Assembly (NCBI GenBank): GCA_018334675.1
Contig: JAGXLL010000002.1
Span: 29,205-93,204, forward strand
Origin: Bacteroidales bacterium
GTDB lineage: Bacteria; Bacteroidota; Bacteroidia; Bacteroidales; UBA12077
DNA: 64,000 nt
Reading direction: 5' to 3'
Shown: piece after piece, positions 18,167-27,253 of the stretch
Numbering within the stretch: position 1 is the first letter of the stretch
How the letters are laid out: every line of letters starts with the position of its first letter
The notes under the pieces: model-generated
Told to the model about the DNA's origin: nothing
Databases searched by the model: none
What the model saw: the letters and a program-made list of their open reading frames with translations, nothing else
Program-made: the position numbers and the translations under genes

Positions 18167-21052
18167 TTAAAACAGTTTGCTGTATATACGGTAAAAATCA
18201 ACATTGAATATCAATTCAAGCCTGTAATCCGAGAACTGAGGCAGATAGGCATACCGGACACCGGCGGTAAAGGGGAACATGATCCTTGCCAGGTGAAAAT
18301 CGGCTGTCCATTCAACCCCTGCTGAATAAAGCGGCTCTTTCTCCCATACGATCCGATTGTTTTCACTGCGTCGATACTCGTTCCAGGCATAATCAAAAAA
18401 TATAGTCCCTTTCAGGCGCTTTACGTATAATACCGAAGGGATGTTCAAGTCGGGGTATGCCAGTGGAAAAGCATACCCGGATTCAAAGGTATACAGTTTC
18501 TCGGTGGTGCGGGCCTCTATCCCCCTTGGAAACGACAGATAAGAAGAATAGAGATACGCCTCAGGCTCCTGCTTCTGGTATCCTGCCGCCAGGCTTATAC
18601 CATGATCCTCGATCAGGCCCGGCATAAACACACGGGCTTTCAGGGAAGTCATATTGCCCAGTATATCCTCAGAAAACGGGGAGGTACGTACGTTCATGCT
18701 GAAAGTCAACCCCCAGCGGGGAAGGATATCCCTGTAGGCCATGCGGTGGTATGAATAAAACCACAGACTATAATTCAGTTTTTTCAGGCCCCGGATATAA
18801 TAATCCCGGTCGTAATGGTGGTAATAATTGCGGTCGTATTCATACTTCACCGAAGGCGTAAGACCGGTAACATTTTTTCCCCTGGAAAAATCCATGGGCA
18901 GGGACACCGAAGCATTCCACCTCACAAAATCATTGTTCAGCTGGGGCGCCCAGTTCACCGAGGAATGACGGAATACATCGGGTTTGCCCCCGTAATCGGA
19001 AGAAACTTGAAAAACAGGATACCAGCCTTTATAGGTGAATTGGGAATGGAGATGATGGGCCTCGTTCCGGTATGAATAGCCGAGCGTAGTGATGGCCGTG
19101 CTCAGCAGGTTCTGCGAGAGCAGGGTGATGCCCGGGGAAATATCGGTTATGGACGGGTTGTTCATGTTGTAATCCATGTAGAAAGGCGTCCAGCTATGAA
19201 AATGAAAAAGGTTTTGCAACCTGCTGTAGGATTGCACTTCGTATTGTTTTTGGGGCACCTGCCTGGAAAGAAACGGTTGCTCTTCCTGGCTTCTCAGCTT
19301 CCCCGCCACGCTGTCCGGGCGTTCGGATTCAAAGCTTACCGGCTTAAATGACGAGGGCTCCAGGGGCATCTGATGGATGTCATACCCGTTGGCCTGATAG
19401 CTGGCATAAAGCAAAGCATCTTTTTCATCAGAGTAAGACACATCGCTGGCATTGACCGGAGCATGGGTGATTTGATAGGTGTCGCCGTTTTCCGGATCCA
19501 GGGCGAAGATCTGCTCGCGACTGCCGGCAGCTGCTCTAAAGTACAGGTATTGCGGTCCGGCCGAGAGGTGGTTGATCTCCCTGTAAACCGGCTTCGTCAA
19601 AGTGGTCCATGAACGGGTTGCCGGATCCAGACGATAAAGACCCTTGCCCCTAGCAGTCAGCCCTATGGCATAAATATATCGGCCATTGTTGGACCAGACA
19701 GGCTGTTGGAGAAAGATGCCATCGGGGTGGGGGAAGCGCTGCTGATTGCCCCCGTCCTCCACTTCACAGGTGACCAGGGCATAGCTGTTGTTACGGGTCA
19801 CCTCTGCCACCACTACCCGCCGGCCCCGGGGCGATAAATCGGGGGCAAACCAACGGGTTTTACGCTGAAGGGTTCGCACGGCATCCTCTTCCATATCATA
19901 GATCTTCACCACCGAATAGCTCCGGTTGCCCCATCTCACATCCGGCACCCGCTCCGACCATGCTACAAGCCCGCCGCCATAGGATATGCGATCGAAAGTC
20001 ATGCGACCCGGTTTATGGATCGTCTTTTCCTCTTCCCCGGTTATATGCACGATGCGCGGAAGATGACTAAAATCTTTTCTCAGGGCCAGATATTCGTCGT
20101 CGCCAATATCCAGGGGGAAGCGATAGGTGCGATAATCCTCGTGGCCTTTACCTGATATAATGCGTACAGAGCGGGCGGTAGTGTCAGCGGGCATGTCATA
20201 TATACCACTGAAATAAGTCATGGCCGAATCATACAGGCTCGCAGGGGTTAATCCTGAAAAACGATCAAGGCCCAGGTTAAACGGGATCAACTGATACGGG
20301 CGCTGCCCTACATGATCCTGTACCTGCTGCCACAGTTCCGTTCCGTATTTCACCCGCCCAAAGGAGGTCATGTGATAGCCCAGCTCATAATGGTTGGGGG
20401 TTTGGTCGCGGTAGGAGCCCATCAGCATCTTGTCGAAGGAAAACAGGCTGGCGGAATCCCCCAGGCGGGCCCGTATGTTCCTGGTAAAGGCCGGCAGGCG
20501 GCCCCGCCCGTTGGGGGTAAGGGCTGTCTCGGCAATCACCGCATCCCCCTCCAGATACCACATGGGCATCAATCCGGCCACTGCAGCATTGGCCTGCTCT
20601 CCAAAAAGAAACCCCAGCAGCCGGGTCAACCCCTGGTTCAGCTTATCGATCTGAACCACATGGCGAAACTCATGAATAGCCAGGTGTTCCAGCCAGGGCA
20701 TATCCAGGTTGTCCTGGGGCGGCATCGAATATAGCTCCATGCGTTGCGGGGCGGGAGCCACAAACCCGTTGGAGGTAACGGAGCGGTTGTGGATGATCAC
20801 CGAGATCTTCCGGGGCTGATGGTCCAGGGTGTTGCTTCCCCGCTCATAGGCATATTCAAGGATATTGGCCACATACATCGCCTTATCCCTAAAATCGGAG
20901 GGAAAGATCACCTGAAAATTGGGCGTTTGCATCTGCTTCCACTCCACGGAGGCTGGATCCTCACCGACGGTAAAGAATTGGGCCCTTGCCTCTGATGAAA
21001 CCAGGCCAACAGTTATAAACAAAAGGATAAGATATATATAAAATTTGCGCAT
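18167..21052 (-). CDS. Outer membrane protein: zinc-peptidase-like domain + TolB/PD40-like propeller + C-terminal beta-barrel (Omp85-like)
   Basis: Signal peptide, HEFRH...WYLEG, PDLSPRG/PVWSNNG propeller repeats, aromatic alternating strands and FPRG in the C-terminal third. Confidence 0.65.
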   Translation of the reverse strand: MRKFYIYLILLFITVGLVSSEARAQFFTVGEDPASVEWKQMQTPNFQVIFPSDFRDKAMYVANILEYAYERGSNTLDHQPRKISVIIHNRSVTSNGFVAPAPQRMELYSMPPQDNLDMPWLEHLAIHEFRHVVQIDKLNQGLTRLLGFLFGEQANAAVAGLMPMWYLEGDAVIAETALTPNGRGRLPAFTRNIRARLGDSASLFSFDKMLMGSYRDQTPNHYELGYHMTSFGRVKYGTELWQQVQDHVGQRPYQLIPFNLGLDRFSGLTPASLYDSAMTYFSGIYDMPADTTARSVRIISGKGHEDYRTYRFPLDIGDDEYLALRKDFSHLPRIVHITGEEEKTIHKPGRMTFDRISYGGGLVAWSERVPDVRWGNRSYSVVKIYDMEEDAVRTLQRKTRWFAPDLSPRGRRVVVAEVTRNNSYALVTCEVEDGGNQQRFPHPDGIFLQQPVWSNNGRYIYAIGLTARGKGLYRLDPATRSWTTLTKPVYREINHLSAGPQYLYFRAAAGSREQIFALDPENGDTYQITHAPVNASDVSYSDEKDALLYASYQANGYDIHQMPLEPSSFKPVSFESERPDSVAGKLRSQEEQPFLSRQVPQKQYEVQSYSRLQNLFHFHSWTPFYMDYNMNNPSITDISPGITLLSQNLLSTAITTLGYSYRNEAHHLHSQFTYKGWYPVFQVSSDYGGKPDVFRHSSVNWAPQLNNDFVRWNASVSLPMDFSRGKNVTGLTPSVKYEYDRNYYHHYDRDYYIRGLKKLNYSLWFYSYHRMAYRDILPRWGLTFSMNVRTSPFSEDILGNMTSLKARVFMPGLIEDHGISLAAGYQKQEPEAYLYSSYLSFPRGIEARTTEKLYTFESGYAFPLAYPDLNIPSVLYVKRLKGTIFFDYAWNEYRRSENNRIVWEKEPLYSAGVEWTADFHLARIMFPFTAGVRYAYLPQFSDYRLELIFNVDFYRIYSKLF

Positions 21053-21054
21053 GA

Positions 21055-22674
21055 TCAGTTCTTTATGAATTTTTCCACACTCCAGGTCCGGCCATCATAG
21101 ATGCGTACCCAATAGATGCCCGGATCCAGCGATCCCACAGGAAGGGTGATCCGATCTGTTCCGTACAGGTTCAACGATTCACTGATCAGCGTTCTTCCGG
21201 TGATATCTCCAATTTCAACAAGCCATTCCCCTCTCATGTTTGCATCCAGGCGGATGATCAGCTGCCGGCCGACGGGATGCACCACCTCGAATCCGCGGGA
21301 AGATCCTCCCGGATAAGGCCCGGCTGCATCTGCTTCATCCACTGTATAACTATATTCGCGGGAGGAGAGGATCACCTGGTCCTGGCTGTCATATCCCTTT
21401 ACGCGGAAATAAACGGCTTGTCCGGGATCATGAGGTGGCAGCATGGTATGGTAGTAATTGCCATCCAGCAACATGGAAGTGTCGCGCGGATAGTGGCCGG
21501 TCTGCGCTCCCCACAAGGCACGGATGCGGGATACCTCACCTTCGGTATCGCTCACCTGGGCCAACACTTCTACGCTATCCTCCATGTTGGGAATTTGAGG
21601 TTCATGGTAAACCGTGTCGAAAGCCAGCTCCACAGCCGGATCGCCGCTTACCCGCAGCTGAAGGCTCACGGGCAGATGATCGGAAAAGGAATAGAGCGCA
21701 CGGGCGATATCGGAAGAGACACTGGCATTGGATTCGATGTTGAGCGCCCGTTCAAAATAGCTGCCGTCCTGGCCTATTGCCTGGTAGGAGTCCAGTATAT
21801 AACTCATGGACTGGCTGCCGCTCATAAGGGCATCGGAAAGCAGGATGAAGTCGAACCGGTCGTCCATCCCGCCCCTGGAATGACAATCGCCGGAGGAATG
21901 GGTCGACTGGGTATGGTAACGGGCATAATCGCTGTTTTCGTGCCATTCTCCCGGCTGGTCAACGGGATCATAAAAACGGTACGTCTCATCCGTTGGATGG
22001 GTCAATGCCTGATAAGCATCCTCCTGCGAACCATACACATTGAGGTCACCCGCCAAAATGTAATTGCCTCTGCCGGGTTCCTCCCGCTCAATGTAGTCCA
22101 TCAACTCTCCCACCTCCTGGTCGCGTTCCTGCTGATCTTCAAAGTCGCTTCCCGCCTTCAGATGTACCACGAACACGGTAAAAAACGTTGTGTCATTGGA
22201 GGAGGCCAGATCACTGGCATTATAGTAGAAGGTATAACCATTGAAGATCTTGGAATTGCTGATACTAAAGGCCACCGGGTGATGCTCGTAAAGAGTCAGC
22301 TTGTTGGAATTGTAGAAAAGGGCGTTGGCCGTATATACCTCATCAAAGGGTGCCATCCTGTAGTGGGTGGTACCCTCCACGTTCAGTGCGTTGTTCAGCA
22401 AATACAGGCCGTCCCCTTCGGGACCTTCCTCTATGGGATAGGCTCCCTCGCCATCGAGCTCATTGACGGTCAGCACATCGGGTTGCGTATGATCCAGGAT
22501 CCTTTTCAATGCGGCTGTCTTATCCTCATAATCGTTGTTGGACTGATAACAATCATAGACATACTTACCGAACCACAACAAATTGTAATGCATAAACTTC
22601 AGGTTGTCCTGTGAAACGGCCGGTTGAATCGACAAAACAACCAGTATAAAAAGCAGGGAAAGGTTGCGCCACAT
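21055..22674 (-). CDS. Endonuclease/exonuclease/phosphatase-family protein with T9SS type A sorting domain
   Basis: YNL, NE, HLKAG, GDLN, RFDFI, SDHLPV motifs; C-terminal DITGR...PGIYWVRI...KFIK. Confidence 0.85.
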   Translation of the reverse strand: MWRNLSLLFILVVLSIQPAVSQDNLKFMHYNLLWFGKYVYDCYQSNNDYEDKTAALKRILDHTQPDVLTVNELDGEGAYPIEEGPEGDGLYLLNNALNVEGTTHYRMAPFDEVYTANALFYNSNKLTLYEHHPVAFSISNSKIFNGYTFYYNASDLASSNDTTFFTVFVVHLKAGSDFEDQQERDQEVGELMDYIEREEPGRGNYILAGDLNVYGSQEDAYQALTHPTDETYRFYDPVDQPGEWHENSDYARYHTQSTHSSGDCHSRGGMDDRFDFILLSDALMSGSQSMSYILDSYQAIGQDGSYFERALNIESNASVSSDIARALYSFSDHLPVSLQLRVSGDPAVELAFDTVYHEPQIPNMEDSVEVLAQVSDTEGEVSRIRALWGAQTGHYPRDTSMLLDGNYYHTMLPPHDPGQAVYFRVKGYDSQDQVILSSREYSYTVDEADAAGPYPGGSSRGFEVVHPVGRQLIIRLDANMRGEWLVEIGDITGRTLISESLNLYGTDRITLPVGSLDPGIYWVRIYDGRTWSVEKFIKN

Positions 22675-22828
22675 AGATCAGATTCCTTTTACGACAGGCA
22701 TCCAGCTGCCATGGTTATAGGGCAAAAATAACATTTTCCTTTAATAATTACACGAAAAAGACCGGTCGTGGATGGGGGGTTCTACAAAATATTGAAATCA
22801 TTTCTTTTTTTATTCAAAGATTAATTTC

Positions 22829-22836
22829 TATTTTTG
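22829..22836 (+). promoter_or_regulatory. Bacteroidota -7 promoter element for yceD-rpmF-plsX-fabH
   Basis: TATTTTTG matches TAnnTTTG, 24 nt upstream of the start codon. Confidence 0.55.
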
Positions 22837-22859
22837 CACGAATATTTTGGAGGTGAACC

Positions 22860-23396
22860 GTGGGGTACTTAAAGAAATACAGGGTTAATTTCAGGGAGCT
22901 GGATCTGGGCCATCACCGCTTCAGCTTTGAAATAGACGACCGGTTTTTCTCCTGGTTTGAGAAATCAGAAATCCAGCAAGGCAGCTTAACGGCAGCGGTT
23001 GAATTGATCAAGGAAGAAAGGCTGACCACCCTGCATGTCAAGCTCCTGGGAGAAGTGAGTGTGAGGTGCGACCGGTGCCTCGATTACTTTATGCACCCGG
23101 TAGAGTTTACGGGCACGCTTTATGTAAAGCCTGAGGAGGATGAATGGGAAGAGAAGGGTAAGGAAGAGGTGATTTTGGTATCACCGGATCAATCGGAGGT
23201 GGATCTGGCCCAGTATTTTTATGAGAGCATCCATCTTTCCCTGCCTCTGAAAAGGGTTCACCCCGATGACGAGAACGGCAACAGCACTTGTGATCAGGAT
23301 ATGCTCAAGTTGTTAGAGGCCCATCAGCGCGAAGAACAAAATGAAACGGATCCCCGATGGGATAAACTGAAAAATTTATTTGTGAAACGAAACTAA
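22860..23396 (+). CDS. yceD: YceD/DUF177 family protein
   Basis: CDRCL, DPRWDKLK; canonical position upstream of rpmF. Confidence 0.9.
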   Translation: MGYLKKYRVNFRELDLGHHRFSFEIDDRFFSWFEKSEIQQGSLTAAVELIKEERLTTLHVKLLGEVSVRCDRCLDYFMHPVEFTGTLYVKPEEDEWEEKGKEEVILVSPDQSEVDLAQYFYESIHLSLPLKRVHPDDENGNSTCDQDMLKLLEAHQREEQNETDPRWDKLKNLFVKRN

Positions 23397-23407
23397 TAGA
23401 ATAGAAA

Positions 23408-23593
23408 ATGGCACATCCAAAGAGAAAAACGTCCAGGCAACGCAGGGATAAGAGAAGAACGCATGTTAAGGCAACTTCTGCTAAGACTGCCACGTGCCCC
23501 AACTGTGGTGCAACGCATGAGTTTCACCGCGTATGTCCGGAATGTGGATTTTATAGAGGTCAAATGGCCGTCGAAAAAGACATTGAGGGTTAA
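23408..23593 (+). CDS. rpmF: 50S ribosomal protein L32
   Basis: MAHPKRKTS...CPNCG...HRVCPECGFYRG. Confidence 0.97.
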   Translation: MAHPKRKTSRQRRDKRRTHVKATSAKTATCPNCGATHEFHRVCPECGFYRGQMAVEKDIEG

Positions 23594-23611
23594 TCATTGA
23601 ATACCACTACC

Positions 23612-24550
23612 ATGAGGATTGGCGTGGATATGATGGGCGGCGATTATGCGCCTGATGCAACGGTAAAGGGAGCCATCTTAGCGCAAAAAGTCATTGATTC
23701 CGAGGCAGAGCTCATCTTAATCGGAGACAGCAATAAGATCAAAGGTATCCTGCGCAATAAGGGATATCCCGATGATCATTTCCAGATCATCCATGCCGAT
23801 CAGATCATCCAGAATGGTGAAAATCCGGCAAAAGCTTTCAGCAAGAAACCCTGGTCGAGCATCAAACTGGGGTTTTCCCTTTTGGAGGAAGGCAAGCTTG
23901 ATGGCTTTGCCAGTGCCGGCAACACCGGCGCCATGATGGTTGGAGCCATGTATACCGTTAAATCTCTGCCTGGCATCATCCGGCCGGTGATCACAGCCTC
24001 CGTGCCCCAATACGACGGTGGTTTTGCTATATTGCTGGACGTGGGCATCAATCCCGACAGCAAGCCCGACGTGCTGTTTCAATATGGGCTGATCGGATCC
24101 ATATATGCCCAACATGTATACAAAATAGCCAACCCAAGAGTAGGACTCATCAACATCGGAGAGGAAGAGGAAAAGGGCAACCTGGTAGCCCGTTCGGCAT
24201 ATGAGTTGATGAAGGGAACCCAGCGCTTTAATTTTATTGGCAACATAGAGGGTAACGAATTGTTCGACAGCAAGGCGGATGTTTTTGTTTGCGACGGTTT
24301 TGTCGGCAACATCATCCTCAAACAAGCCGAAGCCACTTATAAGCTGATCCGCAAAAAAGGCATCCGCGACGAATATTTCGAGCGTTTCAACTTTGAAAAC
24401 ATTGGAGGTACGCCTCTGCTGGGTGTCAACGGGAACATCATCATCGGCCACGGCATATCCAACGAGGTGGCTATAAAAAATATGATCATTCATACCAAAT
24501 ATGTGATAGATGCCAATCTGTCTGAGAAAATCAAAATAGCTTTTCAATGA
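23612..24550 (+). CDS. plsX: Phosphate acyltransferase PlsX
   Basis: [33 protein letters not shown] motifs. Confidence 0.95.
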   Translation: MRIGVDMMGGDYAPDATVKGAILAQKVIDSEAELILIGDSNKIKGILRNKGYPDDHFQIIHADQIIQNGENPAKAFSKKPWSSIKLGFSLLEEGKLDGFASAGNTGAMMVGAMYTVKSLPGIIRPVITASVPQYDGGFAILLDVGINPDSKPDVLFQYGLIGSIYAQHVYKIANPRVGLINIGEEEEKGNLVARSAYELMKGTQRFNFIGNIEGNELFDSKADVFVCDGFVGNIILKQAEATYKLIRKKGIRDEYFERFNFENIGGTPLLGVNGNIIIGHGISNEVAIKNMIIHTKYVIDANLSEKIKIAFQ

Positions 24551-25560
24551 GCAAGCTGCGTGCAACCATCACTGGAGTAGGGGGTTATGTCCCCGAATAC
24601 AGGCTTACCAATGATGAGCTGAGCCAAATGGTTGATACGACGGATGAATGGATCATGACCCGTATAGGCATCAAGGAAAGAAGGATCCTGAAAGAAAAAG
24701 GAAAAGGTGCCTCCGATCTGGGCGTCGAAGCCGTTCGCGAGCTATTAAGAAAAACAAATACCGATCCCGGCGAGGTCGATCTGCTCATCTGCCCCACAGT
24801 GACCCCCGACATGCAATTCCCGGCCACAGCCAATGTGATCAGCGACAAAGCCGGTATCAGGAATGCCTTCAGCTTTGATCTGAACGCGGGATGCTCCGGC
24901 TTCCTCTATGGCATGTCCACAGCCTCCAGGTTCGTGGAGTCGGGCAGGTATAAGAAAGTAGTGGTGGTTGGGGCAGAGAAGATGTCCGCCATCGTCGATT
25001 ACCTGGATCGTGCCACTTGCCCCATCTTTGGCGACGGGTCAGGGGCGGTGCTGATGGAGCCCACCACCGAAGCATTCGGCGTGATGGACGAGATCCTCCA
25101 GGTAGATGGCTCCGGCAGAAGACACCTGTATCAGAAGGCCGGAGGATCGGTCAAACCCGCCACACATGAAACGGTCGATGCCCGGGAGCACTTCATATAC
25201 CAGGAAGGGCAACAGGTATTCAAGGCAGCCGTGGCCAGGATGGCCGACGCGTCGGTGGAAATCATGAAGCGCAACCACATCGCCCCCGACGACCTGAACT
25301 GGCTGGTACCTCACCAGGCCAACATGCGCATCATCGAAGCGACTGCCCGCCGCATGGGCATCAAAAGAGAACAGGTGATGATCAATATCCAACGCTATGG
25401 CAATACCACCGCAGCAACATTGCCCCTGTGTCTGTGGGAATGGGAAGAAAAACTCAACAAAGGCGACAACCTGATATTCGCCACCTTTGGGGCCGGATTC
25501 ACCTGGGGCTCCATTTACGTGAAATGGGGCTACGAAGGAAAAAATCACCAGCAAACCTGA
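24547..25560 (+). CDS. fabH: Beta-ketoacyl-ACP synthase III
   Basis: AGCSGF (Cys), PHQANMRII (His), GNTTAA (Asn), GAGFTWG. Confidence 0.97.
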   Translation: MSKLRATITGVGGYVPEYRLTNDELSQMVDTTDEWIMTRIGIKERRILKEKGKGASDLGVEAVRELLRKTNTDPGEVDLLICPTVTPDMQFPATANVISDKAGIRNAFSFDLNAGCSGFLYGMSTASRFVESGRYKKVVVVGAEKMSAIVDYLDRATCPIFGDGSGAVLMEPTTEAFGVMDEILQVDGSGRRHLYQKAGGSVKPATHETVDAREHFIYQEGQQVFKAAVARMADASVEIMKRNHIAPDDLNWLVPHQANMRIIEATARRMGIKREQVMINIQRYGNTTAATLPLCLWEWEEKLNKGDNLIFATFGAGFTWGSIYVKWGYEGKNHQQT

Positions 25561-25707
25561 AAAATCCTTCAAACCATCCGTCCATCAACAATAGAAGCCC
25601 GGCACGCCCGGCTTTTTTATTGGCTTGCATCGATTTCCTTCAAGTTTGACATTCTCCTCCATTTTTATTACATTCCATAGAATTTGAATTTTAATGAGCA
25701 ATGAATT

Positions 25708-26451
25708 ATGCAATGGTATATCGGAACATCAGGATGGAGCTATAACGACTGGAAAGGTCGCTTCTATCCGGATAACCTGAGCGATCCGGCCAAAAGGCTC
25801 GAATACTACACCACCTTCTTCAACACCACCGAAGTAAACAGCACCTTCTACAACATTCCGTCAAAAGAAACGATCGAACAATGGCTGCAAAACAGCCCGG
25901 ATGATTTTCGCTTCATCATCAAACTGAACCGCTATTTCACCCATATGAAAAGACTGAAAAGCGACGAGGCAGCCGGCAGCAAATATCAATCGTTTCAGCA
26001 TGTTCCCGGGACGCTGGGCAACAAGCTGGGGCCGGTCCTCGTGCAGCTGCCCGGACAAATGAAAAAAAACACCGAAAGGTTGGAAGAATGGCTCGACTTC
26101 ATGCCTCCCCTGAGCTATGCCTTCGAATTCCGCAACAATACCTGGTTCGACTCCGATGTCTACAACACCCTCAAAAAATACCATGCGGCCCTGGTCTATT
26201 CCCACAACCGGGATTTTCCCACCGAACTGAAATGTACTGCCGACTTCATGTATCTGCGCTTTCACGGACCCGAGAAACCATACTATTCCAAATATTCAGA
26301 AAATGAACTGGACGCTGAATTCGAGAAGATCAGCCTTTTCCTGCAGGAATGCCGGGAGATCTATGTGTTTTTCAATAACACCCACCAGGCTTACGCAGCC
26401 GACAATGCGAAACGATGGAAAGAGCTCACACAACAAAATTCAAACATTTAA
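25708..26451 (+). CDS. DUF72 domain protein
   Basis: IGTSGWSY..WKG.FYP, EVNSTFY, EFRNNTW, YLRFHG, FFNN. Confidence 0.92.
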   Translation: MQWYIGTSGWSYNDWKGRFYPDNLSDPAKRLEYYTTFFNTTEVNSTFYNIPSKETIEQWLQNSPDDFRFIIKLNRYFTHMKRLKSDEAAGSKYQSFQHVPGTLGNKLGPVLVQLPGQMKKNTERLEEWLDFMPPLSYAFEFRNNTWFDSDVYNTLKKYHAALVYSHNRDFPTELKCTADFMYLRFHGPEKPYYSKYSENELDAEFEKISLFLQECREIYVFFNNTHQAYAADNAKRWKELTQQNSNI

Positions 26452-26461
26452 ACCATTTGTC

Positions 26462-26785
26462 ATGAACATCATTTTTTCCGCCAAAGGCAAGGATTGGGAT
26501 TCTGAGCTGGACCCCAGGTTCGGAAGGGCCCAGGGATTCCTTCTCTACAATACCGATAACGACCAGCTGAGCTGGCACTCCAACGAAGAAAACAAAAATG
26601 CCGGTCACGGAGCAGGCATCCAGGCGGCTCAAAAAGCGGCCAACCTGAAAGCCGAATGGGCGATCACAGGGCATGTGGGTCCCAAGGCAGACAGCACCCT
26701 TAAAAGCTCGGGCATTAAGGTTTTTACTGCCGAGACCCCCTGCAAGGTCCGTGAAGCCTATCAAAAATACCTGGATGCACAATAA
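26462..26785 (+). CDS. NifB/NifX-like (dinitrogenase FeMo-cofactor domain) protein
   Basis: DPRFGRA, HGAGIQAAQ, ITGHVGPKA; start at ATG 26462. Confidence 0.85.
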   Translation: MNIIFSAKGKDWDSELDPRFGRAQGFLLYNTDNDQLSWHSNEENKNAGHGAGIQAAQKAANLKAEWAITGHVGPKADSTLKSSGIKVFTAETPCKVREAYQKYLDAQ

Positions 26786-26875
26786 AGAAATTCACCCTGC
26801 CAGCGCTCCCGCGATTCTTATGGAACGGTAAGCCGTAGAAGGGAGAACCCAGGCAGGAAAATCAGCCCTCTGTCA

Positions 26876-27196
26876 CTAGTCCATAAGCGGCTTAAGCTTC
26901 TCGAGCAGGGTATTCTTGGGAACGGCTCCTACCTGCTTGTCTTTTAGCTCTCCATCCTTGAAAAACAAGATGGTCGGGATGTTTCTTACCCTGTACTTGG
27001 TAGGGGTCTGTGGATTGCTGTCTACATCCAGCTTGGCGCAAACAACCTGATCTTCATACTCTTTGCCGATCTCCTCAATGATGGGACCGATCATTTTGCA
27101 GGGGCCACACCATTCGGCCCACAGATCAACAATAACAGGCTTATCGGACTGGAGCACTTTTTCTTCAAAATTCGTGTCGGTTACTTCAATATTCAT
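26876..27196 (-). CDS. trxA: Thioredoxin
   Basis: WAEWCGPCK, IPTIL. Confidence 0.96.
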   Translation of the reverse strand: MNIEVTDTNFEEKVLQSDKPVIVDLWAEWCGPCKMIGPIIEEIGKEYEDQVVCAKLDVDSNPQTPTKYRVRNIPTILFFKDGELKDKQVGAVPKNTLLEKLKPLMD

Positions 27197-27253
27197 AATC
27201 TGGCGGTTTATTGTTTATAAAGGATATGTTTACAAAAATAGGGCAAAAAATGT

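Noticed and set aside
26462-26785. Nitrogen fixation locus
   Set aside because: Only a stand-alone NifX-like domain, common in non-diazotrophs
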